A stretch of DNA of 63,240 nt, the filler included, from Licmophora abbreviata (lineage: Eukaryota), in NCBI GenBank assembly GCA_900291995.1. It is 17 parts of 17 records of this genome, joined end to end, with 100 filler letters (N's around TTAATTAATTAA, not from the genome) between each part and the next. Parts side by side here need not be neighbours in the genome. Positions count along the whole stretch, not along the records: positions 16,420 to 23,521 come from OLMU01001097.1; positions 23,622 to 26,396 come from OLMU01001098.1; positions 26,497 to 27,725 come from OLMU01001099.1; positions 27,826 to 29,752 come from OLMU01001100.1; positions 29,853 to 32,185 come from OLMU01001101.1; 12 more parts are not named here. The stretch is one strand, 5' to 3'. This document shows, in pieces, positions 20,764 to 30,840 of the stretch. Positions within the stretch are counted from its first letter, which is position 1. Each line of letters begins with the position of its first letter. The translations under genes were made by a program, and so were the position numbers. The notes under the pieces are model-generated. The model was not told the DNA's origin. It did no database searches and was given only the letters and a program-made list of their open reading frames with translations.

Positions 20764-21521
20764 CCGGTGCGCGCCTTGCGTCGATCGGCCTGTTTCTCGG
20801 CCTCGGCCTGATCTGGGAGATCTGGGTAACGATGTCGGGCGTCTCGAGCCTTCTGGTGCCCGCGCCATCGGCGGTTCTTGCGGTGCTGTGGCAGGGGCTG
20901 ACCGATGGCTTTCTCTGGCCACATATCCGGGTCACCTTTGCCGAAACGCTTCTGGGCTTTGCTCTGGGCAGCGTCATCGGCTTCGCCTTCGGCGTGCTCC
21001 TGAGCGAGGTGGACATGCTGCGCCGCGTGCTCTGGCCCTATATCCTGGCCAGCCAGGTGGTGCCGAAATTGGCGCTTGGGCCGATCTTTATCGTATGGTT
21101 CGGGTTCGGACTGACCTCGATCGTCGTCATCACCGCGCTGATCTGCTTTTTCCCGCTGCTCGAAAACACCGTGACGGGCCTTCGCTCGGCGCCCGCCGAT
21201 CAACGCGATCTCTTCCGTATGCTGGGGGCGAGTCGTCTGCAAACGCTGTTGCGGCTGAAAATCCCCGCCGGGTTGCCGGTCATCCTCGCGGGGGTTCGGG
21301 TGTCGGTCGTGCTGGCGCTCGTGGGCGCCGTGGTCGGAGAGTTCATCTCGGGCGGGCAGGGGCTTGGCGCCAGCATCATCGCGGCGCAGGGGATGATGGA
21401 CACGACACTGATGTTCGCGCTTTTCATCGTCATCACGGTGATGGGCATGCTGTTTTATCAACTGACCATATTGGCAGAACGCTGGCTGCTTCGCCGCCGG
21501 CAGACGGGAGACGAGATATGA
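20760..21521 (+). CDS. ABC transporter permease (SsuC/ThiX type)
   Basis: QVVPKLALGPIFIVWFGFG, GASRLQTLLRLKIPAGLP, VVGEF; ATGA overlap. Confidence 0.9.
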   Translation: MTGARLASIGLFLGLGLIWEIWVTMSGVSSLLVPAPSAVLAVLWQGLTDGFLWPHIRVTFAETLLGFALGSVIGFAFGVLLSEVDMLRRVLWPYILASQVVPKLALGPIFIVWFGFGLTSIVVITALICFFPLLENTVTGLRSAPADQRDLFRMLGASRLQTLLRLKIPAGLPVILAGVRVSVVLALVGAVVGEFISGGQGLGASIIAAQGMMDTTLMFALFIVITVMGMLFYQLTILAERWLLRRRQTGDEI

Positions 21522-22492
21522 TGTTACGTACACTAGCCGCCCTTGCCGCCCTTGTCCTGAGCGTGTCCCAGGTGTCCGCGCAAGACCTCGACAAGGTGAC
21601 AATCGCGGGCTGGAGCAAGCCGATCAGCGAAATCACCAACATCCTGGCCGAACCGGACAAGGGGTTCTTCAAGGCGCATGGGATCGAGCTTGGATATGTT
21701 CCGGGCACCGGCGGAGGCTCTGCGATCACCAACATGCTGTCCGGGGCGGCGGATGTCGCCTTTACCGATCCCGCCTCGCTGTATCAGGCGCTCGATCAGG
21801 GCGCGGATTTGGTGGCGATCTACAACATCTATCCGCAGAACGTGTTCAACGTTGTTGCCCCCTTGGGGCGCGGGATCGAAACCGCCGCCGATCTCAAGGG
21901 CAAGACCATCGGGGTTTACAGTCTGAACAGCGGAACGCGCCAGAACCTTCTTTTCCTGCTCCATCAGGTGGGCCTGACCGAGCAGGACGTGACCATTCAG
22001 GTCACCGGCCTTTTGAACTTTGGGCCGGTGATCCAAGGGCAGGTGGATGCCACCGCCGCCACCGATACCGGCCTCTATATCGGTCGCCTCAATGGTCTGG
22101 GAGAGGTCAATGTCATCAACGTCGCCGACAGCTTGAACGTGCCCACGGATGTTTTCGTGGTCACGCGGGCCTATTACGAGGCCAACAAGCCGATTCTGCG
22201 CCGCTTCCTGCAGGCCTATCGCGACAGTGCCCAGTGGATGATCGACAACCCGCAAGAGGCCGCACAGATCGCCGTGACCCGGTCGATCAACGGTCGTGAC
22301 GAGGCGGTCAATCTGGGGATCATAGACCTTCGCAACCTGTCCGCCCAGTCCGAGACGACGCGCGCCAAGGGGCTGGGGCATTTCGATGTCGATGTCCTTC
22401 AGGAGGGCGCCGATGCCTTTCTTGCGCAGGGGCTGATCTCGTCGGCGCTCGATATGCGCCGCGTGATCGTCACAGACCTCATCCCGGAGTGA
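21518..22492 (+). CDS. ABC substrate-binding protein, NMT1/THI5-like (ThiY-like)
   Basis: Signal peptide; KGFFKAHGIEL, GGGSAI...SGAADVA, ADLKGKTIGV. Confidence 0.82.
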   Translation: MMLRTLAALAALVLSVSQVSAQDLDKVTIAGWSKPISEITNILAEPDKGFFKAHGIELGYVPGTGGGSAITNMLSGAADVAFTDPASLYQALDQGADLVAIYNIYPQNVFNVVAPLGRGIETAADLKGKTIGVYSLNSGTRQNLLFLLHQVGLTEQDVTIQVTGLLNFGPVIQGQVDATAATDTGLYIGRLNGLGEVNVINVADSLNVPTDVFVVTRAYYEANKPILRRFLQAYRDSAQWMIDNPQEAAQIAVTRSINGRDEAVNLGIIDLRNLSAQSETTRAKGLGHFDVDVLQEGADAFLAQGLISSALDMRRVIVTDLIPE

Positions 22493-22496
22493 TCGC

Positions 22497-23264
22497 ATGG
22501 ATTTTGCTGGCAAAACCGTCCTAGTCACCGGCGCCAGTCGCGGGATCGGAGCGGCGATCGCAAAGGCGTTTGCAGCCGAAAATGCGTCTGTCGTGGTCAA
22601 TTATCTGCAGAATGCGCAAGCCGCCGATGCCACCGTCGCCGCCTGCAACGCTCTGGGCGGTGACGCTCTGGCGCTACAGGCCGACGTGACCGATCAAGCG
22701 GACGCCCGCAGGCTGGTTGCGGACGCGCTCGACGCCTTCGGCAAGGTCGATATTCTGGTGCACAACGCTTTTGCACCCTTCGTGTTCTCTCCGGAAAAGC
22801 GCAAACTGTTCTGGGAGCTGGACTGGAGCGATTTCCAGGCTCAGATCGACGGCTCGGTCAAGGCGGCCCATGGCATGATCCAGGCGGTCTTGCCCGGCAT
22901 GCTCGAGCGGGCCGATGGCACGATCATCACGATCGCCACCAATCTGATCGCCCATCCCGTGGTGCCCTATCACGACTACACCACCGCGAAATCCGCGTTG
23001 GTTGGCTTTGGCCGCAACCTTGCGATGGAACTGGGGCCGTTGGGTATCCGGGTCAACACCGTGTGCCCCGGGCTGGTCTATCCGACGGATGCAAGTCGCG
23101 AGGTCAAGGAGGAGCTCAAACAGTCCCTTATCGCGCAGACACCGCTGCGACGGATCGCAACCCCCGAGGATGTCGCCGGTCCCGTGCTGTTCCTCGCCTC
23201 CCCTTGGGCGCGTTTCATGACCGGTCAGACGCTTTACGTGGATGGCGGCGCGATGATGCGCTGA
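22497..23264 (+). CDS. Short-chain dehydrogenase/reductase (FabG-like)
   Basis: TGASRGIG, HNA, YTTAK catalytic motif, GIRVNTVCPG, TGQTLYVDGG. Confidence 0.92.
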   Translation: MDFAGKTVLVTGASRGIGAAIAKAFAAENASVVVNYLQNAQAADATVAACNALGGDALALQADVTDQADARRLVADALDAFGKVDILVHNAFAPFVFSPEKRKLFWELDWSDFQAQIDGSVKAAHGMIQAVLPGMLERADGTIITIATNLIAHPVVPYHDYTTAKSALVGFGRNLAMELGPLGIRVNTVCPGLVYPTDASREVKEELKQSLIAQTPLRRIATPEDVAGPVLFLASPWARFMTGQTLYVDGGAMMR

Positions 23265-23388
23265 GCATTATTGCCAAGCTCTGCCAACCGCCCGGCTGGC
23301 AAGCGCCCCGGCCATTTGGCATCGCAAACCGTCATCCCATGCGTCCGGCACTGCCCACGATCCCGATTGCGCCGCTGGTTTCAGGCCC

Positions 23389-24475
23389 TCATGGCACATC
23401 ATGCAGCGGCAGACTGCCGCCCAGTTCGTCCTCGATATGGGCGGCGATGATCTCGTCGAAGCTTGTCTCGGCGGTGAACGCCCATCGACGAGGGCGCGCT
23501 CGGGCGCGAAAGCGCGCGGCCNNNNNNNNNNNNNNNNNNNNNNNNNNNNNNNNNNNNNNNNNNNNTTAATTAATTAANNNNNNNNNNNNNNNNNNNNNNN
23601 NNNNNNNNNNNNNNNNNNNNNATGTCGCGCACCAGCGGATCGGGTTCTGGCCGGATCAGCGCCACGGCGCGGGGACCGGCCACGCGCTCAAGCGCGGCGA
23701 TCTGATCGGCGACAGTGGCCGAGACCCCCGGCAGGTTCAGCGCGCGCCGATGCCCAAGGGGGGCGGTGTCCACGGCGGCGGCGTGCAGCAGAAGGCCCAC
23801 CGCCCCGCGCGGCCCGGCGAACCAGTGGCGCGTCTCGGGATCGACGGGCAGCGCGGCGGGCAGCCCCACGAGCGGCTCGCGCAGAATGCCCGAGAAGAAC
23901 CCCGACGCCGCGGCGTTCGGCGCGCCGGGCCTGATGCAGATCGTGGGCAGCCGGAGCGATATCCCGTCGAGCAGACCCCGGCGGGAAAAATCCGACACAA
24001 GTATCTCGCCGATGAGTTTCTGCGCGCCATAGCTGGTGCGCGGGTTGGGCGCGAAATCGTCGGGGATGACATCGGGCAGCGGCGTGCCAAACACCGCCAG
24101 CGACGAGGTGAAGACAAAGCGCGGGCAATAGCCCTCACCCGTCTGGCGAATGGCGTCCAATATGTTGCGCGTGCCGTCCAGGTTGACCGTGAGACCCAGA
24201 TCAAGATCGGTTTCGGCCTGTCCCGAGACCACGGCGGCAAGGTGAAAGATAACCTCCGGGCGCGACACGGTCAGGGCGCGAGCCGCAGCGGGATCGGTCA
24301 GATCGGTCGTGCTGGTGGTGATCGCGACGCCGTCAGACGCGGGCGGCACGGGGGCGATCACGTCGGCCAGGTGCAGCGCCTCGACGCCGTGATCTCCGAT
24401 GGCCTGATCCCGCAGGATCGCGTCGGTCAGTTTGCGCCCGATCATACCCGCCGCGCCGATGATCAATACCTTCAT
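23389..24475 (-). CDS. denD: D-erythronate dehydrogenase (extended SDR); split by gap 23522-23621
   Basis: GAAGMIG, HLAAVVSGQAE, YGAQK, RPGAPNAAASGFFSGILREP; C-terminus FTAETSFDEIIAAHIEDELGG lies left of the gap. Confidence 0.85.
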
Positions 24476-24506
24476 CTGTGGTCTCTCCGTTCTACAACCC
24501 CAAGGA

Positions 24507-25262
24507 TCAGCGCAGTTTATCCAGCCAGCCCAGACTGTCGTCGGTGGCAGCAAGCGGGCGGTATTCGGCACCCAAGGGGGCGGTCCAGCCGAGACGCTCG
24601 ATATGCGCGAAGACATGCGCGTAATTCACCTCGCCTGCGTCAGGCGGCCCACGATCCGGGACCGAGGCGAACTGGATATGGCCGATCACGGGCACCATCC
24701 TCTCCAGCCGCCGTGTCAGATCGCCCTCCATGATCTGCACATGGTAGCAGTCGAACATCAGCTTGAGGTTCGGGGCGCCAAGACCATCGATCAGCCGCGC
24801 GGCCTGTGTGGTGGTGGTCAGGAAATAGCCCGGCGCGTCATAGTGGTTCAGCGGCTCGATCAGGATCGTGATGCCGTGCGGGGCTGCCACCTCGGTGGCG
24901 TAACGCAGATTGGCCAGAAAGGCCGCCTCGGCCTCGGGTCCGGTTGCGAAACCGGCCATGACATGCACGCATCCGGCGCCGATCTGCGCGGCATAGGCCA
25001 GCGCCTCGTCGATGGCCGCGCGGGCCTCTTGGTCCCGTCCCGTGAGGGCCGCAAGCCCGTTTTCACCGGGCGCGCCCCGCCTTGTGTTCAGCCCCAGCAT
25101 CGGCAATCCGGTTTCGGCCAGCGCGGCTGCCACCTCGGGCGCAGGCGTGTCATAGGGCCAATGGCATTCAACCGCGTCGAAGCCTGCGGCAGCTGCGGCG
25201 CGGATCGCATCGGGCAGGGGGCGGTCTGTCCACAGAAACCCCAGATTGGCAGAAAAGCGCAT
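24507..25262 (-). CDS. otnI: 2-oxo-tetronate isomerase (Hyi family)
   Basis: RFSANL, LIEPLN..DAPGYFL, FDCYHVQ, GHIQFA.VP.R; operon context. Confidence 0.82.
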   Translation of the reverse strand: MRFSANLGFLWTDRPLPDAIRAAAAAGFDAVECHWPYDTPAPEVAAALAETGLPMLGLNTRRGAPGENGLAALTGRDQEARAAIDEALAYAAQIGAGCVHVMAGFATGPEAEAAFLANLRYATEVAAPHGITILIEPLNHYDAPGYFLTTTTQAARLIDGLGAPNLKLMFDCYHVQIMEGDLTRRLERMVPVIGHIQFASVPDRGPPDAGEVNYAHVFAHIERLGWTAPLGAEYRPLAATDDSLGWLDKLR

Positions 25263-25909
25263 CAGTCCCAGTCCACGTTGAAGCGGGTGACCACGGCGCG
25301 CACCTGCTCGGGCGTCAGCATGCGCGGGTTGCAGCCGCGCAGCAGAATGGCAAGGCGCGCGGTGTCCTCGAGTTCCTCGATCGCATTGCAGGCCGCCTCG
25401 ACATCCTTGCCCGCCACGACCGGGCCGTGATTGGCCAGCATCACGGCGCTGCGCCTGCCTGCCAGCCCGCGCACCGCGTCGCCCATGGCCGGATCGCCCG
25501 GCATAAAGAACGGCAGAAGCTTCACCCGGCCCAGCTTCGTGATCGCATAAGGCGTGAGGGGCGGCAGGAAATCATTCTCGTTCGCATCGGGCATCATCGA
25601 CAGAGCGACCGAATGGCAACTGTGCAGGTGCACCACCGCACCGGTCCCGGTCCTTGTGTCGTAAAACGCGCTGTGCAGGGGCATTTCCTTGGTCGGCTGG
25701 TCGCCACTGATAAAGTGTCCCGCCGCATCGAACCGCGACAGGCGTTCAGGATCAAGCCGCCCGAAACAGGTCCCTGTCGGCGTCACCAGCAAACCGCCAT
25801 CCTCGGTCCGTGCCGAGATGTTGCCGGTCGAGCCACCCGTCAAACCACGGTCGAACATCGACTTGGCCAGCGTGCAGATCTGATCGCGCAAGTGCGTTTC
25901 GGCAGTCAT
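25262..25909 (-). CDS. otnC: 3-oxo-tetronate 4-phosphate decarboxylase (class II aldolase)
   Basis: GSTGNISAR, PTKEMPLH, VVHLHS, LANHGPVV, IEELE. Confidence 0.88.
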   Translation of the reverse strand: MTAETHLRDQICTLAKSMFDRGLTGGSTGNISARTEDGGLLVTPTGTCFGRLDPERLSRFDAAGHFISGDQPTKEMPLHSAFYDTRTGTGAVVHLHSCHSVALSMMPDANENDFLPPLTPYAITKLGRVKLLPFFMPGDPAMGDAVRGLAGRRSAVMLANHGPVVAGKDVEAACNAIEELEDTARLAILLRGCNPRMLTPEQVRAVVTRFNVDWD

Positions 25910-27311
25910 GTCCGCTCCAGGTGATCAAGGGCATCGCGAAAGAATGTCTCGGCGCCGAAATTGCCCGATTTCAACGTCAGGGCGGCCGCATGTCCGCCGA
26001 TGTCGCAATAGCACCATGGCACGCCCGGCGCGATCTCGGGGCCGATATCAAGCCGGGTCACCCCAAGCGCCTGCGTCACGGCGCCGGATGTTTCGCCACC
26101 CGCCACGACGAAGCGCCGCGCGCCCATCTCGAACGCCTTCCGCGCGCAGGCGGCCAGCGTCTGCTCGACGATCTCGCCGGCCTCAGCCGCGCCAAGGGCC
26201 GCTTGCGCGGCGCGAACGGCGTCCGGTTGGCTGGTGGCATAGATCAGCGGCGCTTGCGCAAGATCCTGGCTCTGGAGCCAGTCCAACGCCGATTGCGCCC
26301 CCTCCCGCGCCAGGATGAGCGGATCGAGGCGCAGACCGGGGCGGCCTTGGGCCAGATAGGCCGCGACCTGCCGGTTGCTCATCTCCGAACAACTGCNNNN
26401 NNNNNNNNNNNNNNNNNNNNNNNNNNNNNNNNNNNNNNNNTTAATTAATTAANNNNNNNNNNNNNNNNNNNNNNNNNNNNNNNNNNNNNNNNNNNNCGAC
26501 CTGCCGGTTGCTCATCTCCGAACAACTGCCCGAAAGAACGATGGTTTCGGGGCGGCAGATCGGGCGCGGGCAGGGCGCGGGCCGTGTCGCCGAGCATCCC
26601 GGCCTTGCGCAACAGCGCGGGCACCGGCATGGCCAGCGCCGAGCCACCGGTCATCAGCGCATGGTCACCACAGGCCGAGGCGATGGTGGTCAGATCGGCG
26701 TCGGCCACGGCATCGACGATCACATGCGCGACGCCATCCTCGGCGAGCTTGCGCAACTCTGCGCGCACCGCGTCACTCCCCTGTGCCACGCAAAGCCTGT
26801 CGATCAGGCCGACGGGGCCTGCCACCTGCGGCGCCAGCAGCCGGACCAGATTGCTGTCGCGCATCGGGGTCAGGGGATGGTCGCGCATCGGGCTTTCGGC
26901 CAGCGGCGTCCGGCCCACGAACAGATGCCCCATATAGACGCTGCGCCCGTTTTCGGGAAAGGCGGGGCAATACACGGTCTGTCTGGCGCCAAGCCTGTCC
27001 ATCAGGGTTTCGGCCACCGGGCCGATATTGCCTTGCGGGGTGGAATCGAAGGTCGAACAGTATTTCCAGAAAAACCGCTGAGCCCCTGCGGCGTGCAACC
27101 AATCGAGCGCCGCAAGCGCCTCGGTCTTGGCGGTGGCTGTAGGCGCGGTGCGTATTTTCAGCGCGATGACCTCGAAAGGGGCAGGGTCCTCCGGCGGTGC
27201 CTGCGGCACCCCGATGCGCAAAGAGACCCTTGCGCCCGACCGGGCCAGCAATCCGGCAAGGTCGGTGGCGCCGGTGAAGTCATCGGCGATGGCCCCGAGC
27301 AGGCAGGTCAT
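25906..27311 (-). CDS. otnK: 3-oxo-tetronate kinase (DUF1537 family); split by gap 26397-26496
   Basis: IADDFTGATD, KYCSTFDST, HPLTPM.D, SGSCS, VAGGETSG, KSGNFG. The contig ends overlap by 33 bp, and there is an apparent indel near 26550. Confidence 0.9.
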
Positions 27312-28132
27312 GGCGTGTCATCGCCCGGCAGGGTCAGCCCGGCGTTGCGGGCATAGACCTTGGCCACGGCCGCGTCGTCTTCGGCGCCATGTCCCATACC
27401 CGAGGCCGCCAGAAACTGCTGCAATGCCGTTGCGGTCAGCGGGGCCGAGAACCGGGCGTCGCGCGCGATGTCCAGAGCGATCCCGAGGTCCTTGGGCCAG
27501 ATTTCCACCGAGCTGCGGGCTTCGTAATCGCCTGCGACCACCCGAGGCGCGCGGCTTTCGAGCATCCAGCTGGTTCCGGCGCTGCGCGAGATCACCTCGA
27601 GAAACGTCTCCGGAGAGATCCCTTGGGTCATCCCGAAGGTCAGCGCCTCGCCCATGGCGGCGATATGAATGCTCGCCAGCATCTGATTGACGGATTTCAT
27701 CGCCGAACCGGGGCCGGCCTTATCGNNNNNNNNNNNNNNNNNNNNNNNNNNNNNNNNNNNNNNNNNNNNTTAATTAATTAANNNNNNNNNNNNNNNNNNN
27801 NNNNNNNNNNNNNNNNNNNNNNNNNCGCGGGCAAAGGCGGGCGACACTGTCGCGCAGGACAGGATGACCGCGCCGGGCCGCATCCGCGCCATGAGACCAT
27901 CCGGGCCGCAAAGCACCGTTCGGGTCTGGGCGGCGTTCAGCACCACGACAACGAGAACGTCCAGCGACGCAAGCGCATCATGCAAAGTGCCGGGTTGGCC
28001 CCCTTCCGCTTGAAACCCCGTGACCGCATCCGGATTGACGTCATGGCCCCAGGTTTCAAGCCCGGCCCGCACGAGCGAACAGGCCATGCCAAACCCCATC
28101 GACCCCAAGCCCACAATGCCGATTTTCGTCAC
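27308..28132 (-). CDS. ltnD: L-threonate dehydrogenase (beta-hydroxyacid dehydrogenase family); split by gap 27726-27825
   Basis: GLGSMG, VVVLNAAQT, K.VNQML...HIAAMGEA, SAGTSWM, IWPKDLG; GGAGGAGG RBS before the GTG. Confidence 0.85.
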
Positions 28133-28514
28133 GCCGCGTCCTCCTCCGAACATGCCAACCGAAACGTTGATCCTGTTGTCAGGTCAATAAGGCAGTATCC
28201 TCGCGCTTTCCAGCAGGATTGCCGTGCCGGTTGTTGGGATATATCCCGAGCGCTCCAAGGCGCGGACCTCCCCGATCCAAATTGAAAAACCTGCCGCCCT
28301 CCACCCCTCGGGCCAAGGCAGGATTTTTGCCGTTTGCGTACAAGATGGACACAATTTCCGGGATTGAACCCCGGTTTCGTCCCAAACGCGCGTAGGTTTC
28401 GTACGGATCGTACGGCCCCAAAGCGGTTCCTCTCGGCAATCCATCAGTGCAACGGTTCGAGTTTCGTCTTTGAAATGTGAGGCACCAGCGATTGTCCCAT
28501 AGGTTTTCATTGAA

Positions 28515-28561
28515 TGGCGATTCCGGACGGACTCGAACCCTCAATCCGCTGATTAGAAGTC
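28515..28561 (-). repeat. Degenerate 3' half of tRNA-Arg(UCU); probable att site
   Basis: 43/47 identical to 56327-56373, same orientation, runs from the anticodon arm to CCA. Confidence 0.88.
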
Positions 28562-28615
28562 TGTTTTAACTCAATGATTTCAATTGGTTTGGGTGGATTT
28601 TTAGGCCACAGGCGG

Positions 28616-29176
28616 TCAATCAAGCTTGGCTTGCCGCTCGACCTTGAAGACATACAGCAGGATGATCATCAACAGGACCAACCCTGTGATATCGCCCAAC
28701 AAATACCCAAACACGTCTCTCGGCAACGTATCATGCACGATGATCTTGACGGCCGAGTTCGCAAACGAGGCGATAACCCCCGCAAGCAGGATCAACACCC
28801 AAGGCCGCGCCAGGAGTCCTGTCTGGTGCCCCTGCAGCAGATAGAGTGCCGCCAACACGCCGACATACCCGATTGAGGCACCACCGATTACATCGAAAAT
28901 TCCAGTACTTAGCAGACTTGCGGACCCCCAGAACATGACATGAACCACCACCTGCCCCGGCAAAATATAGAGGATCGATTTCCAGCCATACAGCCACGCG
29001 GTCAAAACCCGGATGCCGTGCGGAAGATAGAGTAGCAAGACGTTGTTTTTGAAGTTGAAAATATGCGCTTCTTGAAGCGGCGCGATCACTTTCATGGAAA
29101 AGAGTGCCAGCACGACGAACAAGGTGCTGACGGTCAATGCGATCCAAAGGTCATTTTGGCTGACAAGACTTTTCAA
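28616..29176 (-). CDS. Integral membrane protein (MASE1-like)
   Basis: About 6 hydrophobic helices; LYLPHGIRVLTAWLYGW motif. Confidence 0.65.
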   Translation of the reverse strand: MKSLVSQNDLWIALTVSTLFVVLALFSMKVIAPLQEAHIFNFKNNVLLLYLPHGIRVLTAWLYGWKSILYILPGQVVVHVMFWGSASLLSTGIFDVIGGASIGYVGVLAALYLLQGHQTGLLARPWVLILLAGVIASFANSAVKIIVHDTLPRDVFGYLLGDITGLVLLMIILLYVFKVERQAKLD

Positions 29177-29901
29177 TCATGACCCCGTGAGCTGAAGTGA
29201 TGGACAGGGGCCGCAATTGGCCGACCATGCGTGCGGAATGCTTTTTGAATAAAGCCTTGAGTCGGGCGTTTCGCGGATTTCATCAACATCGACCGGTCCC
29301 AAAAAGAAGCAGGTTGGCCCCCCAGCCAACAAGAAATTTACAAAAACTGAAGCGTTTTTAACCAAAATATTCAGAAATAACCATCTGTTCGCCGGTTACC
29401 TGCTTTGCGAGGTGCCGTCAATCGTATCACCTTGAGATATGAGCCGTTGATACACGCTAATCATAAAAGGAATTGGCGTATGTATCTCTCTCGGGAGAGA
29501 GCTGCTGTCTTTTGACAGGACGGCCATGAGCCATGGTCTTTTGGGTGGATTTCGGGCTATGGACAAGCTTTTAACAGCCCGGCCTCACGAAAGATGCTGC
29601 TGCCGCGTGCAGTGCTTTCGGTTTTAGCTTGTCTCGGAGAGGGCCAAGCCGGTTTTGTGGAACCAGCGTCCCGAGCCAATCTTCGGTGTCAGCAAGATTG
29701 GTGTGTTTGATCCCAATCTTGGATGCGGTCTGCTCCGAGGACGGCCTCAGGCNNNNNNNNNNNNNNNNNNNNNNNNNNNNNNNNNNNNNNNNNNNNTTAA
29801 TTAATTAANNNNNNNNNNNNNNNNNNNNNNNNNNNNNNNNNNNNNNNNNNNNATCATGGCGACCTTTGAGCGGTGATGCGGCGACGTCGCCAAGGGCGCT
29901 C

Positions 29902-30204
29902 TCAAAGTTCCGCAGAATTCAATGTATATAACTTTCTGCCTTTGAGATCGACGGGTTTGAGCACACCGCGTTCCTCTAAAGAGTGGATGACCCGGTATTT
30001 GCTGGCGCGTGAAATCTGCTGCAGAAGACGGTGATTGACCAATTCCGTCGGTTTGAAATGTTGATGTGCCTGGGACAGCTCCACAATTGCTGCAAGCGCA
30101 TCGAGCTCTTGCGGGCTCAGATCGCCCATCCCCAGATCCGCTTCCAGTGTCCGCAGCGCAATGCGCAGACGAGCCATTGCTGAGAGGGCATTTTCATCGA
30201 CCAT
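29902..30204 (-). CDS. Small winged-helix DNA-binding protein
   Basis: ISRASKYRVIHSLEERGVL...RKLYTL wHTH-like pattern. Confidence 0.6.
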   Translation of the reverse strand: MVDENALSAMARLRIALRTLEADLGMGDLSPQELDALAAIVELSQAHQHFKPTELVNHRLLQQISRASKYRVIHSLEERGVLKPVDLKGRKLYTLNSAEL

Positions 30205-30840
30205 TGGCGTCACCTTGGTTTCATAATCATGTGCGGAGACTAGGATCCCGCACTTCAGGACCGCATGTGGGCTAGGCCACAAGCGAGCCATTCTGGCTCC
30301 ATCAGTAACAAGGGCACCGGATTACGTAACACAATGACGGAAGACTTCGGCGAGATCAACAATATATCTCATAAGCCGAAACGTTTCGCATCTTAGAATG
30401 AAACAGATATCATGACATTTTAAGGAAAGCCAGTGTTTTTCAGAGACATTTAGAATCTCTGAAAACGCTTGCGGCTTTCCTGAATATGAAATTGGGGCAT
30501 CCGGAGTCAACCACCTCAAATCCGCAATGACGTTGGATTGCGGGTCTTTTTGATTGCCGACCCCAGCTGCGTGATGACGACATCAATAATGATATACTTT
30601 TTTGAGACATTGGCCTGATGGCGTCCATGGTGTCCTGCGGCATGGGGCAAGGAAGCTGCCTGATGCTGTGATCTGCTGACGGGATGTCAGAATATGAATA
30701 TTATGACGGTTTTATAGTGAGTGAGGACAAAACCGGGTCAGGTATCCCGCGGCATTCCCTGAAATAAATTGCAGAGCGCTACATATATAACTATCACAAT
30801 TTGAAACATCCGCCTGCGCTAAACCTGAGAGTATGTCTTT

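Noticed and set aside
26364..26529. 33-bp direct repeat within otnK
   Set aside because: Overlapping contig ends on either side of a linker
28179..28544. ORFs 28179-28544 and 28184-28510
   Set aside because: They overlap att-like non-coding DNA and have no protein motifs
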